Positions 52,393 through 62,426 are shown, counted from the stretch's first letter. The stretch is 64,000 bases of DNA from Lysobacterales bacterium (GCA_022844165.1 JALHMH010000011.1:58028-122027), one strand, 5' to 3'. The notes: generated by a model not told the origin, from the letters alone. A program made the numbers and translations.

Positions 52393-53144
52393 GTACGATT
52401 TGGGCTGTACCAATTGCCATTGCGATCTTCGCGGCGACGCATCTGGTTCTGGGATTGCCTCCGACACGCGACGCCCTGGTACGGCACCTCGGTGAGCCTC
52501 GTTTTGTCGCGCTTTTCAGTGCCGTAGCAGCGCTCACGCTGGCCATCGTTGCGACGGCTCTGGCGTTGTATGGAGACGTCGGGATTCGTGCGCCGATCTC
52601 CGCGCCTTGGCGGGTGATCTTGGCGATCATCAGCGTTCTGGGTTGGGTGTTGGCCATACTCGGTTTGATGAATTACGCGCGTTCGCCAATGTCACTGTTC
52701 CGCACTACCATTCGCCCACCTTCGGGTGTTGAGTGCATCACTCGTCATCCGTTCTTTGTGGGCTTTGGGTTGTTCGCGCTAGCCCATAGCGCATTGGCAT
52801 CGACCTCGGCGATCGCGAGCTTTTTTTTGGGTTTCGGCGTCATCGCACTGATCGGCGCCGCACTGCAGGACTGGAAGCTAACCCGGAAATGGGGCGGCGC
52901 CTATCGCGACTATTGCCGGCAGACCTCGTATTGGCCGTTTTTGGCAATGTTCCGCGGCGTCGCGCCGCGTTCGGCGCTTGGTCGGCAGTGGTGGTTTGCG
53001 CTGGCCGCTACGGCGCTGATGTTCGCAGCGCATCCCTGGCTTTCGGCTGCGAACGGTGCCGCATTCGTTGCCGCATTTGCGTTGGGCGGTGTATACGCGT
53101 CTTGGCGTCGTTGGCGGCATTCGCAGACAAGAACCGGCCATTGA
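52389..53144 (+). CDS. NnrU-family membrane protein
   Basis: FAATH...RDALV, ITRHP, QD.KL..KWG, TSYWPF; overlaps the tetR stop. Confidence 0.75.
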   Translation: MSTIWAVPIAIAIFAATHLVLGLPPTRDALVRHLGEPRFVALFSAVAALTLAIVATALALYGDVGIRAPISAPWRVILAIISVLGWVLAILGLMNYARSPMSLFRTTIRPPSGVECITRHPFFVGFGLFALAHSALASTSAIASFFLGFGVIALIGAALQDWKLTRKWGGAYRDYCRQTSYWPFLAMFRGVAPRSALGRQWWFALAATALMFAAHPWLSAANGAAFVAAFALGGVYASWRRWRHSQTRTGH

Positions 53145-53172
53145 GGTCGCCGATGGCCGTGTGGTTCAGCTG

Positions 53173-53364
53173 CTAATCGTCCGCTTCGGCAATTTGCCCT
53201 GAAGTTGGCTCCTGGGACTTTAGCCTGCCGCTACGGCGCAGCGCATCGCGCAACACATACTCGATTTGCGCATTTAAACTGCGCAATTCGTCATCCGCCC
53301 AGCGCTGGGTGGCGGCCAGCACGTCGTTCGAGATTCGTAGCGGGTAGGCTTTACGCTCGCTCAC
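53173..53364 (-). CDS. Arc-like ribbon-helix-helix DNA-binding protein
   Basis: RKAYPLRI...WADDELRSLNAQIEYVL; the usual partner of the adjacent SPFH gene. Confidence 0.88.
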   Translation of the reverse strand: MSERKAYPLRISNDVLAATQRWADDELRSLNAQIEYVLRDALRRSGRLKSQEPTSGQIAEADD

Positions 53365-53367
53365 AAC

Positions 53368-54234
53368 TCACCCGTACAGAGAGCCCGCGTTCAACACCGG
53401 CTGCGCTTCGTTCTCGCTGCAAAGCACGACCAACAGGTTGCTGACCATCGCCGCTTTGCGTTCCTCATCGAGTTGAATGACGCCGCGTGTCGCGAGCTGA
53501 TCGAGTGCCATTTCCACCATGCTGACCGCGCCTTCAACGATGCGCGTGCGTGCCGCGATGACGGCACCGGCCTGCTGGCGGCGAAGCATCGCTCCGGCGA
53601 TTTCCGGTGCATAGGCAAGGTGGCTGATGCGCGCTTCCAGCACCTTTACGCCAGCCTGCGTCAGCCGATCTTGAATCTCCTTTTGCAGATGCTCGGACAC
53701 CTCCTGGCTGTGGCTGCGAAGTGCGATTTGACCTTCGTGTTGATCGTACGGATAGGTCGTCGCCATTTGGCGCAGAGCGGCTTCCGATTGCACGTGTACG
53801 AAGTTCTCATAGTCATCGACCATGAACATCGCTTCGGCGGAGTCCACCACTTGCCAGACTACAACGGCAGCAATTTCGATGGGCGAACCATCCAGATCAT
53901 TGACTTTGAGCTTATTCGACTCGAAATTGCGCACGCGCAGGCTGACCGGCCGCTTCGAGAAAAAAGGGTTCGCCCAGCGCAGACCTTCCTGCCGAACCGT
54001 GCCCACGTATCGACCAAACAACTGCAAGACCACGCCATTATTTGGCTGCACCATGAAGAGCCCAAACAAACAAAAGAATGTGGCGAGAAAGATCAAGACC
54101 GTCAGAGTGGCAGTTACCGGTGTGGCGCGCGCCACACCGCTGATCATGGCGGCCGCGCAGAGCACAAAGATCGCAATGAACAGCAATAACATGGGAATGC
54201 CGGGCAGTGTGGATTTCGTGATCTCTTTAGTCAT
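53368..54234 (-). CDS. SPFH domain membrane protein
   Basis: 2 TM; [50 protein letters not shown]. Confidence 0.93.
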   Translation of the reverse strand: MTKEITKSTLPGIPMLLLFIAIFVLCAAAMISGVARATPVTATLTVLIFLATFFCLFGLFMVQPNNGVVLQLFGRYVGTVRQEGLRWANPFFSKRPVSLRVRNFESNKLKVNDLDGSPIEIAAVVVWQVVDSAEAMFMVDDYENFVHVQSEAALRQMATTYPYDQHEGQIALRSHSQEVSEHLQKEIQDRLTQAGVKVLEARISHLAYAPEIAGAMLRRQQAGAVIAARTRIVEGAVSMVEMALDQLATRGVIQLDEERKAAMVSNLLVVLCSENEAQPVLNAGSLYG

Positions 54235-54264
54235 GGCTTGCCCCTCACTGGTTGGTGTTCAAAA

Positions 54265-54281
54265 GATATCTTAGTGATATC
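54265..54281. promoter_or_regulatory. candidate RHH operator
   Basis: GATATC-TTAGT-GATATC, 30 bp upstream of the SPFH start. Confidence 0.5.
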
Positions 54282-54410
54282 ATTCTGTCTAGTGGGTTGA
54301 AACGCATGCACATCAACAGAAAATTTCAATACCGGTGTGCACGAGGGGTAATTTTTCGAATAGACTGAACGCTTTACGAAACAATCCTCGCGTAACGGTT
54401 CAGGAAACGA

Positions 54411-56708
54411 ATGGCAAGCTCGTTAGCGATGATCGGTTGGCGCGAAAGGTTCCAGCGGGCAATTCGGGAGAGCGCGTTTGTGCTGCTCGTCCCCATGGCT
54501 GCCTATCTGTTCCTTGCGTTGCTGACATTTCATGCTGGCGATCCCGGATGGTCGCATGCGGGTTCCGTCATCCGTATCGAAAACTGGGGCGGGCGCGCTG
54601 GCGCGTGGATAGCGGATCTTTTGCTCTACCTGTTCGGTCGCCCGGCTTTTTTCTTGCCACTGGCGCTGTTCTGGTACGCGTGGCGTTTTCTTCGCGATCC
54701 AAGCCCATCGGCGGATACGGCGCTCGTGCCCTTGACGCGGCTGGCGGGATTGATTCTCGCCATCATCGGCGGCGCGATTTTGGGGCAAGCGCAAATGGCG
54801 GCGGGAACGCTGCCAGCCGGGGCCGGTGGCGTGCTTGGCAGCTTCCTGGCAGATTTTCTGGTCCCCAATCTTGGTCGCGGCAGCACCACAATGTTCGCTT
54901 TTGCGGTGTTGATAGCGGGAATCACTTTCGCCACTGGTGTGTCGTGGCTGCAAACGATGGACCGGGTCGGCGCGCTCACCTTGGCGCTCATTGAACGCAG
55001 TCAGCTGTGGCGTCAGACGTTTATCGAATGGCGCCTGGGCCGTCAGGCCAGGTCGCAGCGCGATGTTGTGCGTAAAGAAGAAACCAGCAAACGCAAGAAA
55101 CGCGAGCCGGTGAAGATCGAAAACGCTGCACCGCCAACGATCAAGAGCGAGCGCGCAGAGCGCGAGTTGCAGATGCCATTGTTCCAGAATATTCCATCGG
55201 GCGAGTTGCCCCCGCTGTCGTTGCTCGACGAACCGCGCGAAACGGGGAAGGGCTACAGCGAGGAGGCACTTGAAGCCTTGTCGAGGCAGGTGGAACTCAA
55301 GCTCAAGGACTTTCGAATTGAGGCTCGCGTTGTCGGCGTTTATCCCGGTCCCGTGATCACCCGGTTTGAGCTGGAGCCAGCGCCCGGGATTCGCGGCAGC
55401 CAGATTTCGTCTTTGGATAAAGATATTGCGCGTGGCCTGTCCGTTGTCAGTGTTCGAGTTGTCGATGTGATCCCCGGCAAATCGGTCGTTGGCCTGGAGA
55501 TCCCGAACCAGCACCGCGAAATGGTCTTTCTGTCCGAAATGCTGCGCAGCCGCGAGTACGACAAGATGTCGAGCCCGCTGACGCTGGCGCTGGGCAAGGA
55601 TATTGGCGGTCGGCCGACGGTCGTCGATATTGGCAAGATGCCGCACTTGCTGGTTGCGGGGACGACGGGCTCGGGTAAGTCCGTTGCTCTCAACGCCATG
55701 ATCCTGAGCTTGTTGTACAAGGCCACGGCTCGAGATGTGCGGATGATCATGATCGATCCGAAGATGCTGGAGCTCTCGGTGTATGAGGGAATTCCGCACC
55801 TACTGGCTCCGGTCGTGACCGACATGAAAGAAGCATCCAACGCGTTGCGATGGTGCGTGGCGGAAATGGAGCGCCGTTACAAACTGATGGCCGCTGTTGG
55901 TGTGCGTAACCTTGCTGGCTTCAACCGAAAAGTGAAAGATGCGCAGGACGCGGGGCAGCCGATTCCCGATCCGCTGTTCAACGTTGCTAAGGCCGCGCCG
56001 GGAGAACAGCCACAGCCGCTGGACACGATGCCGTTTATCGTTGTCGTGATCGACGAATTCGCAGACATGATGATGGTCGCGAAGAAAAACGTTGAAGAGC
56101 TGATTGCGCGCCTGGCGCAGAAGGCCCGCGCAGCTGGGATCCACCTCATTCTGGCAACGCAGCGCCCGAGTGTCGATGTGATTACCGGATTGATCAAGGC
56201 CAATATTCCAACGCGCGTCGCCTTCCAGGTTTCGAGCAAAATTGACTCACGAACGATCCTCGACCAGTCGGGTGCTGAGACGCTGCTCGGCCACGGCGAC
56301 ATGTTGTACCTGCCGCCCGGCACGGCCAATACCGAGCGAGTCCATGGCGCATTCGTCTCCGATGATGAAGTGCATCGTGTCGTCAGATACCTCCGGGAGA
56401 ACACGCAAAAGCCGCAGTACATCGATGGCATCCTGGAGGACACGCAAGAACTGGCAGATGGCCGCGTGATCGGCGAAACCGGTTTGCCGGAAGAAGCGAG
56501 CGGCGAGGGCGATCAGTTCTATGACATGGCTGTGCGCATCGTCACCGAGACACGTCGTGCATCCATCTCTGGTGTACAACGGCGCCTGAAGATCGGCTAC
56601 AACCGTGCGGCTCGCTTGATCGAAGAGATGGAGGCGGCGGGCATCGTCAGCGCACCCGAACACAATGGCAATCGCACCGTTCTGGCACCACCACCGCCGC
56701 GTGACTGA
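54411..56708 (+). CDS. ftsK: DNA translocase FtsK
   Basis: 4TM N-terminus (DPGWS), [25 protein letters not shown], gamma domain [15 protein letters not shown]. Confidence 0.97.
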   Translation: MASSLAMIGWRERFQRAIRESAFVLLVPMAAYLFLALLTFHAGDPGWSHAGSVIRIENWGGRAGAWIADLLLYLFGRPAFFLPLALFWYAWRFLRDPSPSADTALVPLTRLAGLILAIIGGAILGQAQMAAGTLPAGAGGVLGSFLADFLVPNLGRGSTTMFAFAVLIAGITFATGVSWLQTMDRVGALTLALIERSQLWRQTFIEWRLGRQARSQRDVVRKEETSKRKKREPVKIENAAPPTIKSERAERELQMPLFQNIPSGELPPLSLLDEPRETGKGYSEEALEALSRQVELKLKDFRIEARVVGVYPGPVITRFELEPAPGIRGSQISSLDKDIARGLSVVSVRVVDVIPGKSVVGLEIPNQHREMVFLSEMLRSREYDKMSSPLTLALGKDIGGRPTVVDIGKMPHLLVAGTTGSGKSVALNAMILSLLYKATARDVRMIMIDPKMLELSVYEGIPHLLAPVVTDMKEASNALRWCVAEMERRYKLMAAVGVRNLAGFNRKVKDAQDAGQPIPDPLFNVAKAAPGEQPQPLDTMPFIVVVIDEFADMMMVAKKNVEELIARLAQKARAAGIHLILATQRPSVDVITGLIKANIPTRVAFQVSSKIDSRTILDQSGAETLLGHGDMLYLPPGTANTERVHGAFVSDDEVHRVVRYLRENTQKPQYIDGILEDTQELADGRVIGETGLPEEASGEGDQFYDMAVRIVTETRRASISGVQRRLKIGYNRAARLIEEMEAAGIVSAPEHNGNRTVLAPPPPRD

Positions 56709-56727
56709 TGTGGCGCTCGAGGAAGCT

Positions 56728-56830
56728 GGCGAGGCTTCGCCTCAGACCGCCGAGCATTGTTGGCTTCGTTCGGCAGCGGACTTGCCACAAATTGCGCTTC
56801 GCATTTCCGGCCCGGCGGCGCAGCCGCCGG
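56728..56830. repeat. dispersed structured repeat, copy 2
   Basis: Reverse-complement match to 21991-22102 and to 57011-57072. Confidence 0.9.
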
Positions 56831-56985
56831 AGGTCGACCGACGGACTCGGGCATTTCACTGTCGGAAACCGAAACTGTTCGACGCAAACGCAGACGGGAT
56901 GGTGATTCTGTCCAACTTGCGCTAACGTCTGCGCCACCGGATGGTGGGCACAGCCTATGAAACAGTGGCAGCGGGATCTCGACAC

Positions 56986-58518
56986 ATGAGACAAATTTTC
57001 GACAAAGCAATGTGGCAAATACGCTGTCGGACGAAGCCAACAATGCTCGGCGGTCTGGGACGAAGCCTGGCAAGTTGTGGTTTGGCTCTGGCTGCAACGG
57101 CTGCGAGCGCCAGCGAGAAGCTCAGCGACCCCGTGCGCGAGGCAATCAAGCAACATGGCAGTACCGATGTGTTGGTGGTACTCAAACAAGCCGAGCTGAT
57201 GGGCATCGGCAAATCGCTGAGCGGAGACGCGAAGCTGGTTGCTACGGTACATCGGCTGCGCACCGCGGCGGCCGCCGATCAGCGCGATCTGACCCGGTGG
57301 TTAGATCAGCGCGGCGTGGGCTACCGTGCGTTTTGGGTCGCAAACTTCATCGCCATCGAAAACGCCGATGCCGCTCTAGTCGATGAGTTGCAGTCTCGCC
57401 CCGAGGTCCGCTCGATCGAGGCCGACGGCAGACTATCGAAGCTGCCTCCTGCGCCGGTTGAATCCCTGGGGCCGGTCAAGGCGGTCGAACCTGGCGTCAA
57501 TCGAGTGAGTGCGCCAGCGCTGTGGGCGATGGGATTTCGCGGCCAGGGCGTGCTTGTGGCCGGTCAGGACACTGGCTATCAGTGGGATCACCCGGCCATT
57601 CGCCGGCAGTACGCTGGATGGAACGGCACGAGCGCCGACCATGCGTATCACTGGTTCGACGCAATCCAAAGCGGTGGCGGAAGCTGCGGCGCAAGTTCCT
57701 CGCAGCCCTGCGACGACAACGGTCATGGTACCCACACGATGGGTACGATCGTCGGCGACGACGGTGGCACCAATCAGGTCGGCGTAGCGCCCGATGCCCG
57801 GTGGATTGCCTGTCGCAATATGGACCAGGGCAACGGCACGCCGAGCACCTACGCAGCGTGCTTCGAGTTTTTCCTCGCGCCCACCGATGGCGCCGGAATG
57901 AACCCCGATCCGCTGCGCGCACCGCACATCATCAACAATTCCTGGGGCTGCCCACCGTCGGAGGGTTGCACTGCGCCGAATGTACTGCAAACCGTGGTCG
58001 AAAACGTTCGCAGTGCGGGCGTTCTCGTGGTCGTTTCTGCGGGTAACGACGGGTCTGCCTGCAACACGATCAACACGCCAGCGGCGATTTATGCGTCCGC
58101 TTTCACGGTCGGCGCTCTGGGTACGTCATCTTCCATGGCCGGCTACTCAAGTCGTGGGCCGGTGACGGTCGATGGCAGCAACCGCATGAAGCCGGATGTG
58201 GTCGCACCTGGTTCCAGCGTGCGCTCTTCAACGCGCGGCAATGGCTACGGTAGTTTCAGCGGCACCAGCATGGCCGGTCCGCACGTGGCCGGTGTGGCGG
58301 CGTTGTTGATGTCGATCGAACCAGGCCTAAAACGCGACCCGGCGCGCATCGAAGGAATTCTCCGTACCACAGCGATCAACGATGTGACCAATGCTCAAGC
58401 GTGCGGCGGTATCCCGTCGACGGCGATTCCCAACAATACTATCGGCTACGGTCGCGTCGATGCGCTCAATGCTGCGCGCGTTGGATTGGGATTGATTGTC
58501 GTCTCCGGGTTCGAGTAA
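56986..58518 (+). CDS. secreted S8 subtilase (bacillopeptidase F-like catalytic domain)
   Basis: Prodomain, DTG, HGTHTMG, SAGNDG, GTSMAGPHVAG; start uncertain (56986, 57010 or 57043). Confidence 0.92.
   Translation: MRQIFDKAMWQIRCRTKPTMLGGLGRSLASCGLALAATAASASEKLSDPVREAIKQHGSTDVLVVLKQAELMGIGKSLSGDAKLVATVHRLRTAAAADQRDLTRWLDQRGVGYRAFWVANFIAIENADAALVDELQSRPEVRSIEADGRLSKLPPAPVESLGPVKAVEPGVNRVSAPALWAMGFRGQGVLVAGQDTGYQWDHPAIRRQYAGWNGTSADHAYHWFDAIQSGGGSCGASSSQPCDDNGHGTHTMGTIVGDDGGTNQVGVAPDARWIACRNMDQGNGTPSTYAACFEFFLAPTDGAGMNPDPLRAPHIINNSWGCPPSEGCTAPNVLQTVVENVRSAGVLVVVSAGNDGSACNTINTPAAIYASAFTVGALGTSSSMAGYSSRGPVTVDGSNRMKPDVVAPGSSVRSSTRGNGYGSFSGTSMAGPHVAGVAALLMSIEPGLKRDPARIEGILRTTAINDVTNAQACGGIPSTAIPNNTIGYGRVDALNAARVGLGLIVVSGFE
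57011..57072. repeat. dispersed structured repeat, copy 3 (partial, inside the S8 peptidase 5' end)
   Basis: 54/62 identity to the reverse complement of 56728-56789, counted by eye. Confidence 0.85.
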
Positions 58519-58531
58519 CGACTGATCCCTG

Positions 58532-58562
58532 GAAAAAGAACGCCGGGCAATATGCCCGGCGT
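58532..58562 (-). terminator. intrinsic terminator
   Basis: ACGCCGGGCA-(3 nt)-TGCCCGGCGT followed by TCTTTTTC on the minus strand. Confidence 0.75.
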
Positions 58563-58647
58563 GAAGTGCATCAGGAGTGTCGTGACCCGATCATTCAGAA
58601 CACGGGCACACGCTCTTGGTTCCCACGCAGTTCCTTCAGTCAGGCAT

Positions 58648-59394
58648 TCATTCAGGAATTGAGCCGGTGTAGCGTACGGCGGCAACGCCTTCGACTTCGC
58701 CTATCCGCGCAGACTCATGCACGAAAAGTCTGGTCTCTGGATTCTCCGATCGGATTTTCCCGCGAACTTCGCTACCTTCGCCGATCACCACAACCGGCGG
58801 CTTGGGTCTGTATCCCCAGTTCCAGCCCGAATTCTTGCTCTTGATTACGATGACATCGCCGTTGACGGTGCTGGCATCGACCAATTCGACTCGGCCGTTG
58901 ACCAATTCGACGTTGCCACCGATTCGCGTTGCGCGCAGATCAAGCACGCCATTGACGGTTTCGACGTTTTTCGCCACCGTGGTCTGCTGCAAATCAATGG
59001 AGCCGTTGACTGTGCTGACTGAGCCATTGATGGCACTGCCGGACTTCAGCTCAATGCTCCCGTTGACGGTTTCCACGCTGTCGCGAACCTGCGCTTCGCG
59101 ACCGGCATCGATATTTCCGTTTACCGCTTCGATCGAGAGTACGCTCACGCCGTCGCCTAAATCGATACTGCCGTTCACGGTCTCCACTTCGCCGGCCGAC
59201 GCGCGGTCTTCGATGTCGATGCTGCCATTCACCGTCTCAACATCCCTGACCGTCGTGCCGGCTTGCACCAAGAGCGATTTGTTGACTGAATCTTTGCTCT
59301 CTCCAGGCGCGACGACGGTCGCTGCCCATGTTGCCGAAGAGAGTGAGCCTGCAAGCGCGGCAATTAACGCGGCGGCAAATGTTCTTTCGTTCAT
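58648..59394 (-). CDS. secreted beta-strand repeat protein (DUF4097-like)
   Basis: GGAG RBS, signal peptide, about 7 repeats of ~18 aa with V-E-T-V-N-G-S-I core. Confidence 0.82.
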   Translation of the reverse strand: MNERTFAAALIAALAGSLSSATWAATVVAPGESKDSVNKSLLVQAGTTVRDVETVNGSIDIEDRASAGEVETVNGSIDLGDGVSVLSIEAVNGNIDAGREAQVRDSVETVNGSIELKSGSAINGSVSTVNGSIDLQQTTVAKNVETVNGVLDLRATRIGGNVELVNGRVELVDASTVNGDVIVIKSKNSGWNWGYRPKPPVVVIGEGSEVRGKIRSENPETRLFVHESARIGEVEGVAAVRYTGSIPE

Positions 59395-59435
59395 GACTAA
59401 ACTCCAGTCGAAGGTGGTGTTCCGATCGGTCGCGA

Positions 59436-59573
59436 TTAATGTACGGTATCGCCAGACGCGGCGAGCCGCGCCAACATCTCGCCGGGCAAGATCCGTGGTT
59501 CTTCCGCCGGCGCGTAGTTGGTCAGCGCATGAATCAGGCGGTCGACAAAGCGCTGTTCGGTGATGGGTTCCAT
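59436..59573 (-). CDS. unannotated 45-aa small protein
   Basis: AAGAGGA RBS 7 nt before ATG; MEPITEQRFVDRLIHALTNYAPAEEPRILPGEMLARLAASGDTVH*; below the ORF-track size cutoff. Confidence 0.6.
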   Translation of the reverse strand: MEPITEQRFVDRLIHALTNYAPAEEPRILPGEMLARLAASGDTVH

Positions 59574-59615
59574 GTTGGCATCCTCTTTCGGGTTGATTGG
59601 GTTCGGAGGCTATTG

Positions 59616-59631
59616 TGCAAACGGTGTGCCA
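59616..59631 (-). promoter_or_regulatory. sigma-54 (-24/-12) promoter
   Basis: TGGCAC-ACCGT-TTGCA matches the TGGCAC-N5-TTGCW consensus exactly. Confidence 0.8.
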
Positions 59632-59742
59632 AGTCATGGATGCGCCGGAAGCACCAGTCGTTGCATGTTTTTCGCCCAACTGATGGCATAGCAAGACAAT
59701 GCGTTAGCATGCAAAGCCGCACCGCCCAGAGTCTTTCGGTTA

Positions 59743-61260
59743 ATGACCACACTGCTACTCATCTTGGATGGTTGGGGTCATGCGCAGCCCGCACCGGACA
59801 ACGCGATAGCGCTCGCCAAGTGCCCCAATTGGCGAAGAATTTCAAGTGCTTATCCAATGAGCCTGATTCGTACTGACGGCCTGGCCGTTGGCTTGCCTGA
59901 AGGTCAGATGGGCAATTCAGAAGTCGGTCACATGAACCTGGGCGCAGGCCGAATCGTCTATCAAGATCTGACTCGGATCGATGCCGCTATCGCCGACGGT
60001 AGCTTTTACGCGAATCCTGAGCTGTCCGCGGCAGCGAACATTGCGTCCGCAAACGGACGAACGCTGCATGTGCTTGGCTTGCTCTCGCCTGGTGGCGTGC
60101 ATTCGCATGAAGATCACCTGCTCGCTCTGCTCGATCTGGCCAGCCGCCACGGCGCGCCGCGAGTGGCGATTCATGCGTTCCTGGATGGGCGCGATGTGCC
60201 GCCGCGCAGCGCGGCGCCTTCGATCGCAAAACTTGGCGCGGCCTGTCGGCAGTACGGCCGGGCGCACATCGCCACCGTTGGCGGGCGCTATTTCGGCATG
60301 GACCGCGATCAGCGCTGGGACCGTGTCGAACGGGCGTGGTCGGCGATCGTCGATGCTGACTCGCTTCTGACCGCGACTTCAGCGGCCGAGGCGCTTCAGG
60401 CGGCTTACGACCGGGGCGAAAACGACGAATTTGTGCAGCCTACGGTCATTGCGGGCGGGGCTCCCATTGTCGATGGCGATGCAGTCGTTTTCATGAACTT
60501 TCGCGCCGATCGCGCTCGTCAGTTGACCGCAGCGTTATCGCAGCCGCATTTTCCTGGTTTCGTGCGGCGCCGCGCGCCTGTGCCGGGCAAGCTGGTCACG
60601 CTGACAGCGTACGCGGAGCACTTGCCGGTGGCAGTGGCTTTCGCCGCGCAGAGCATGGACAACACTCTGCCGGAGTTGCTGAGCGCCGCAGGCAAGCGCC
60701 AGCTGCGTATTGCCGAGACGGAAAAGTATGCGCACGTGACATTCTTTTTTTCTGGCGGGCGGGAAACGCCGTTCGATGGCGAACAGCGCATCTTGGTGCC
60801 ATCGCCCAAAGTCGCAACCTACGATTTGCAGCCGGAGATGAGTTGCCCGGAAGTCACGGATCGTCTGGTTGCAGCCATCGATAGCGGCGAATTTGACTTC
60901 ATCGTGTGCAATCTCGCCAATCCGGACATGGTTGGGCATACCGGCATCTTGTCGGCAGCGATTTTGGCAGTCGAGGCGGTGGATACGGCGCTGGGCCGAA
61001 TCGAAGCTGCGATTCTGCGCACGGATAGTCAACTCCTGATCACAGCCGATCACGGCAATCTTGACGACATGTGGGATGAGGATGCGCAGCAGCCGAACAC
61101 GCAACATTCGATGAATCCAGTACCGCTGGTTCTGGTGTCGAGTCAGGAAGCGGGTTTGCGCGATGGCGCATTGTGCGATATCGCGCCCACCGTGTTGGAG
61201 TTGATGCACATGCCAATCCCCACTGAAATGAGCGGTCGATCGTTGCTGGAGGTGGTGTGA
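59743..61260 (+). CDS. gpmI: 2,3-bisphosphoglycerate-independent phosphoglycerate mutase
   Basis: ILDGWG, GQMGNSEVGH, DGRD, AETEKYAHVT, NPDMVGHTG, TADHGN. Confidence 0.97.
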   Translation: MTTLLLILDGWGHAQPAPDNAIALAKCPNWRRISSAYPMSLIRTDGLAVGLPEGQMGNSEVGHMNLGAGRIVYQDLTRIDAAIADGSFYANPELSAAANIASANGRTLHVLGLLSPGGVHSHEDHLLALLDLASRHGAPRVAIHAFLDGRDVPPRSAAPSIAKLGAACRQYGRAHIATVGGRYFGMDRDQRWDRVERAWSAIVDADSLLTATSAAEALQAAYDRGENDEFVQPTVIAGGAPIVDGDAVVFMNFRADRARQLTAALSQPHFPGFVRRRAPVPGKLVTLTAYAEHLPVAVAFAAQSMDNTLPELLSAAGKRQLRIAETEKYAHVTFFFSGGRETPFDGEQRILVPSPKVATYDLQPEMSCPEVTDRLVAAIDSGEFDFIVCNLANPDMVGHTGILSAAILAVEAVDTALGRIEAAILRTDSQLLITADHGNLDDMWDEDAQQPNTQHSMNPVPLVLVSSQEAGLRDGALCDIAPTVLELMHMPIPTEMSGRSLLEVV

Positions 61261-62426
61261 TCGACAGTCCTGCGATGACCATCGGAAAGCGAGTTTCGCT
61301 GCTGGTCGGTGTCGGGATGTGTCTGACAGCGGTTCCCGGACTTTGCCAAACCTCTGAGTCCACACTGGTGACGCGTCTGGATGCAATCGCAGCCGAGATC
61401 GCGTCGGCGGAGAACGAAAGAGCGAAGAGTCAGCGTGCGGTGGATCAGGCGCTTGCGGGGCTGGGCCGTGTCGAGCGCGACATTGCGGCAAGCCGTCAAC
61501 GCTTGCGTGAGCTGGATGACCAGATCGCCGCGCTGCAGGCAAAGATCGCACAAATCGATGCAGAACTCGAACGCACCGACGAAGCGCTGACCGGGGAAAA
61601 GACCGCATTGGCAGCGTTGCTGCAATCGGCCTACGCGTTGGGTGGGCTCGATACGCTGAAGCTGGTTCTGGCTCAAGATCAGCTCGCCGATACTGGCCGT
61701 TTGCTGGCGTATCAAACCCAGCTCAATCGCGTCCGTGTTGTCAGGATCGAGCGCGTCAACGATCTGCTGGCGCAATTAAGTTCGCTGCGCGCGCAGAGCG
61801 AGATCCAGAAGTCGTCGTTGGCGGGTCTCTCGGCGGAGCAGGCTGAGCGACTGGCGCAACTGAGTGTCCAGCGCCGCGAGCGCTCCAATGCATTGGCAGC
61901 GGTGCGTCGAGCACTAGATCAAGTCGATGCGCGTATCGCAGTCTTGGAAGAGGACCGTGCTGGCGTTGAAGATTTGCTCCAGAAACTGCGAGAGGTGATC
62001 GGCGACGTGCCGGCGCTGCTGCCGGAGGATCGACCATTTCAATCCTGGCGCGGCAAGCTCTTGCGCCCGGTCCAGGGTCCGATCGTAGCAGCATTCGGTG
62101 CACCGCTCGCGGGAGGCCGTGCGAGTCCTGGAATGACCATTGCGGCGGAACGCGGTGCGGACATCATTGCAGTGGCTCGCGGCAGGGTCGCTTTTGCCGA
62201 CTGGCTGCGGGGTTACGGTCTGTTGTTGATCCTCGATCACGGCGCAGGCTATATGAGCCTCTATGGCCGTTGTGATTCGCTCAATTTCAGGGAGGGCGAC
62301 TGGGTAGATGCAGGAGCAATCATTGCCGCAGTCGGCGACTCCGGTGCGGCCGCTGCGCCGGGCCTGTATTTCGAACTGCGCCATCAGGGTAAGGCGCTCG
62401 ATCCCGACGAGTGGATTATGCGGTAA
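61257..62426 (+). CDS. envC: murein hydrolase activator EnvC (coiled coil + degenerate M23)
   Basis: Long coiled coil; ADWLRGYGLLLILDHG, LYFELR; follows gpmI. Confidence 0.88.
   Translation: MIDSPAMTIGKRVSLLVGVGMCLTAVPGLCQTSESTLVTRLDAIAAEIASAENERAKSQRAVDQALAGLGRVERDIAASRQRLRELDDQIAALQAKIAQIDAELERTDEALTGEKTALAALLQSAYALGGLDTLKLVLAQDQLADTGRLLAYQTQLNRVRVVRIERVNDLLAQLSSLRAQSEIQKSSLAGLSAEQAERLAQLSVQRRERSNALAAVRRALDQVDARIAVLEEDRAGVEDLLQKLREVIGDVPALLPEDRPFQSWRGKLLRPVQGPIVAAFGAPLAGGRASPGMTIAAERGADIIAVARGRVAFADWLRGYGLLLILDHGAGYMSLYGRCDSLNFREGDWVDAGAIIAAVGDSGAAAAPGLYFELRHQGKALDPDEWIMR

Noticed and set aside
54423-55799. Long antisense ORFs (458 aa opposite ftsK; also opposite phoH, rfbB, panB and the MltD-like gene)
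   Set aside because: Shadow ORFs expected from GC-rich codon bias; no recognisable motifs
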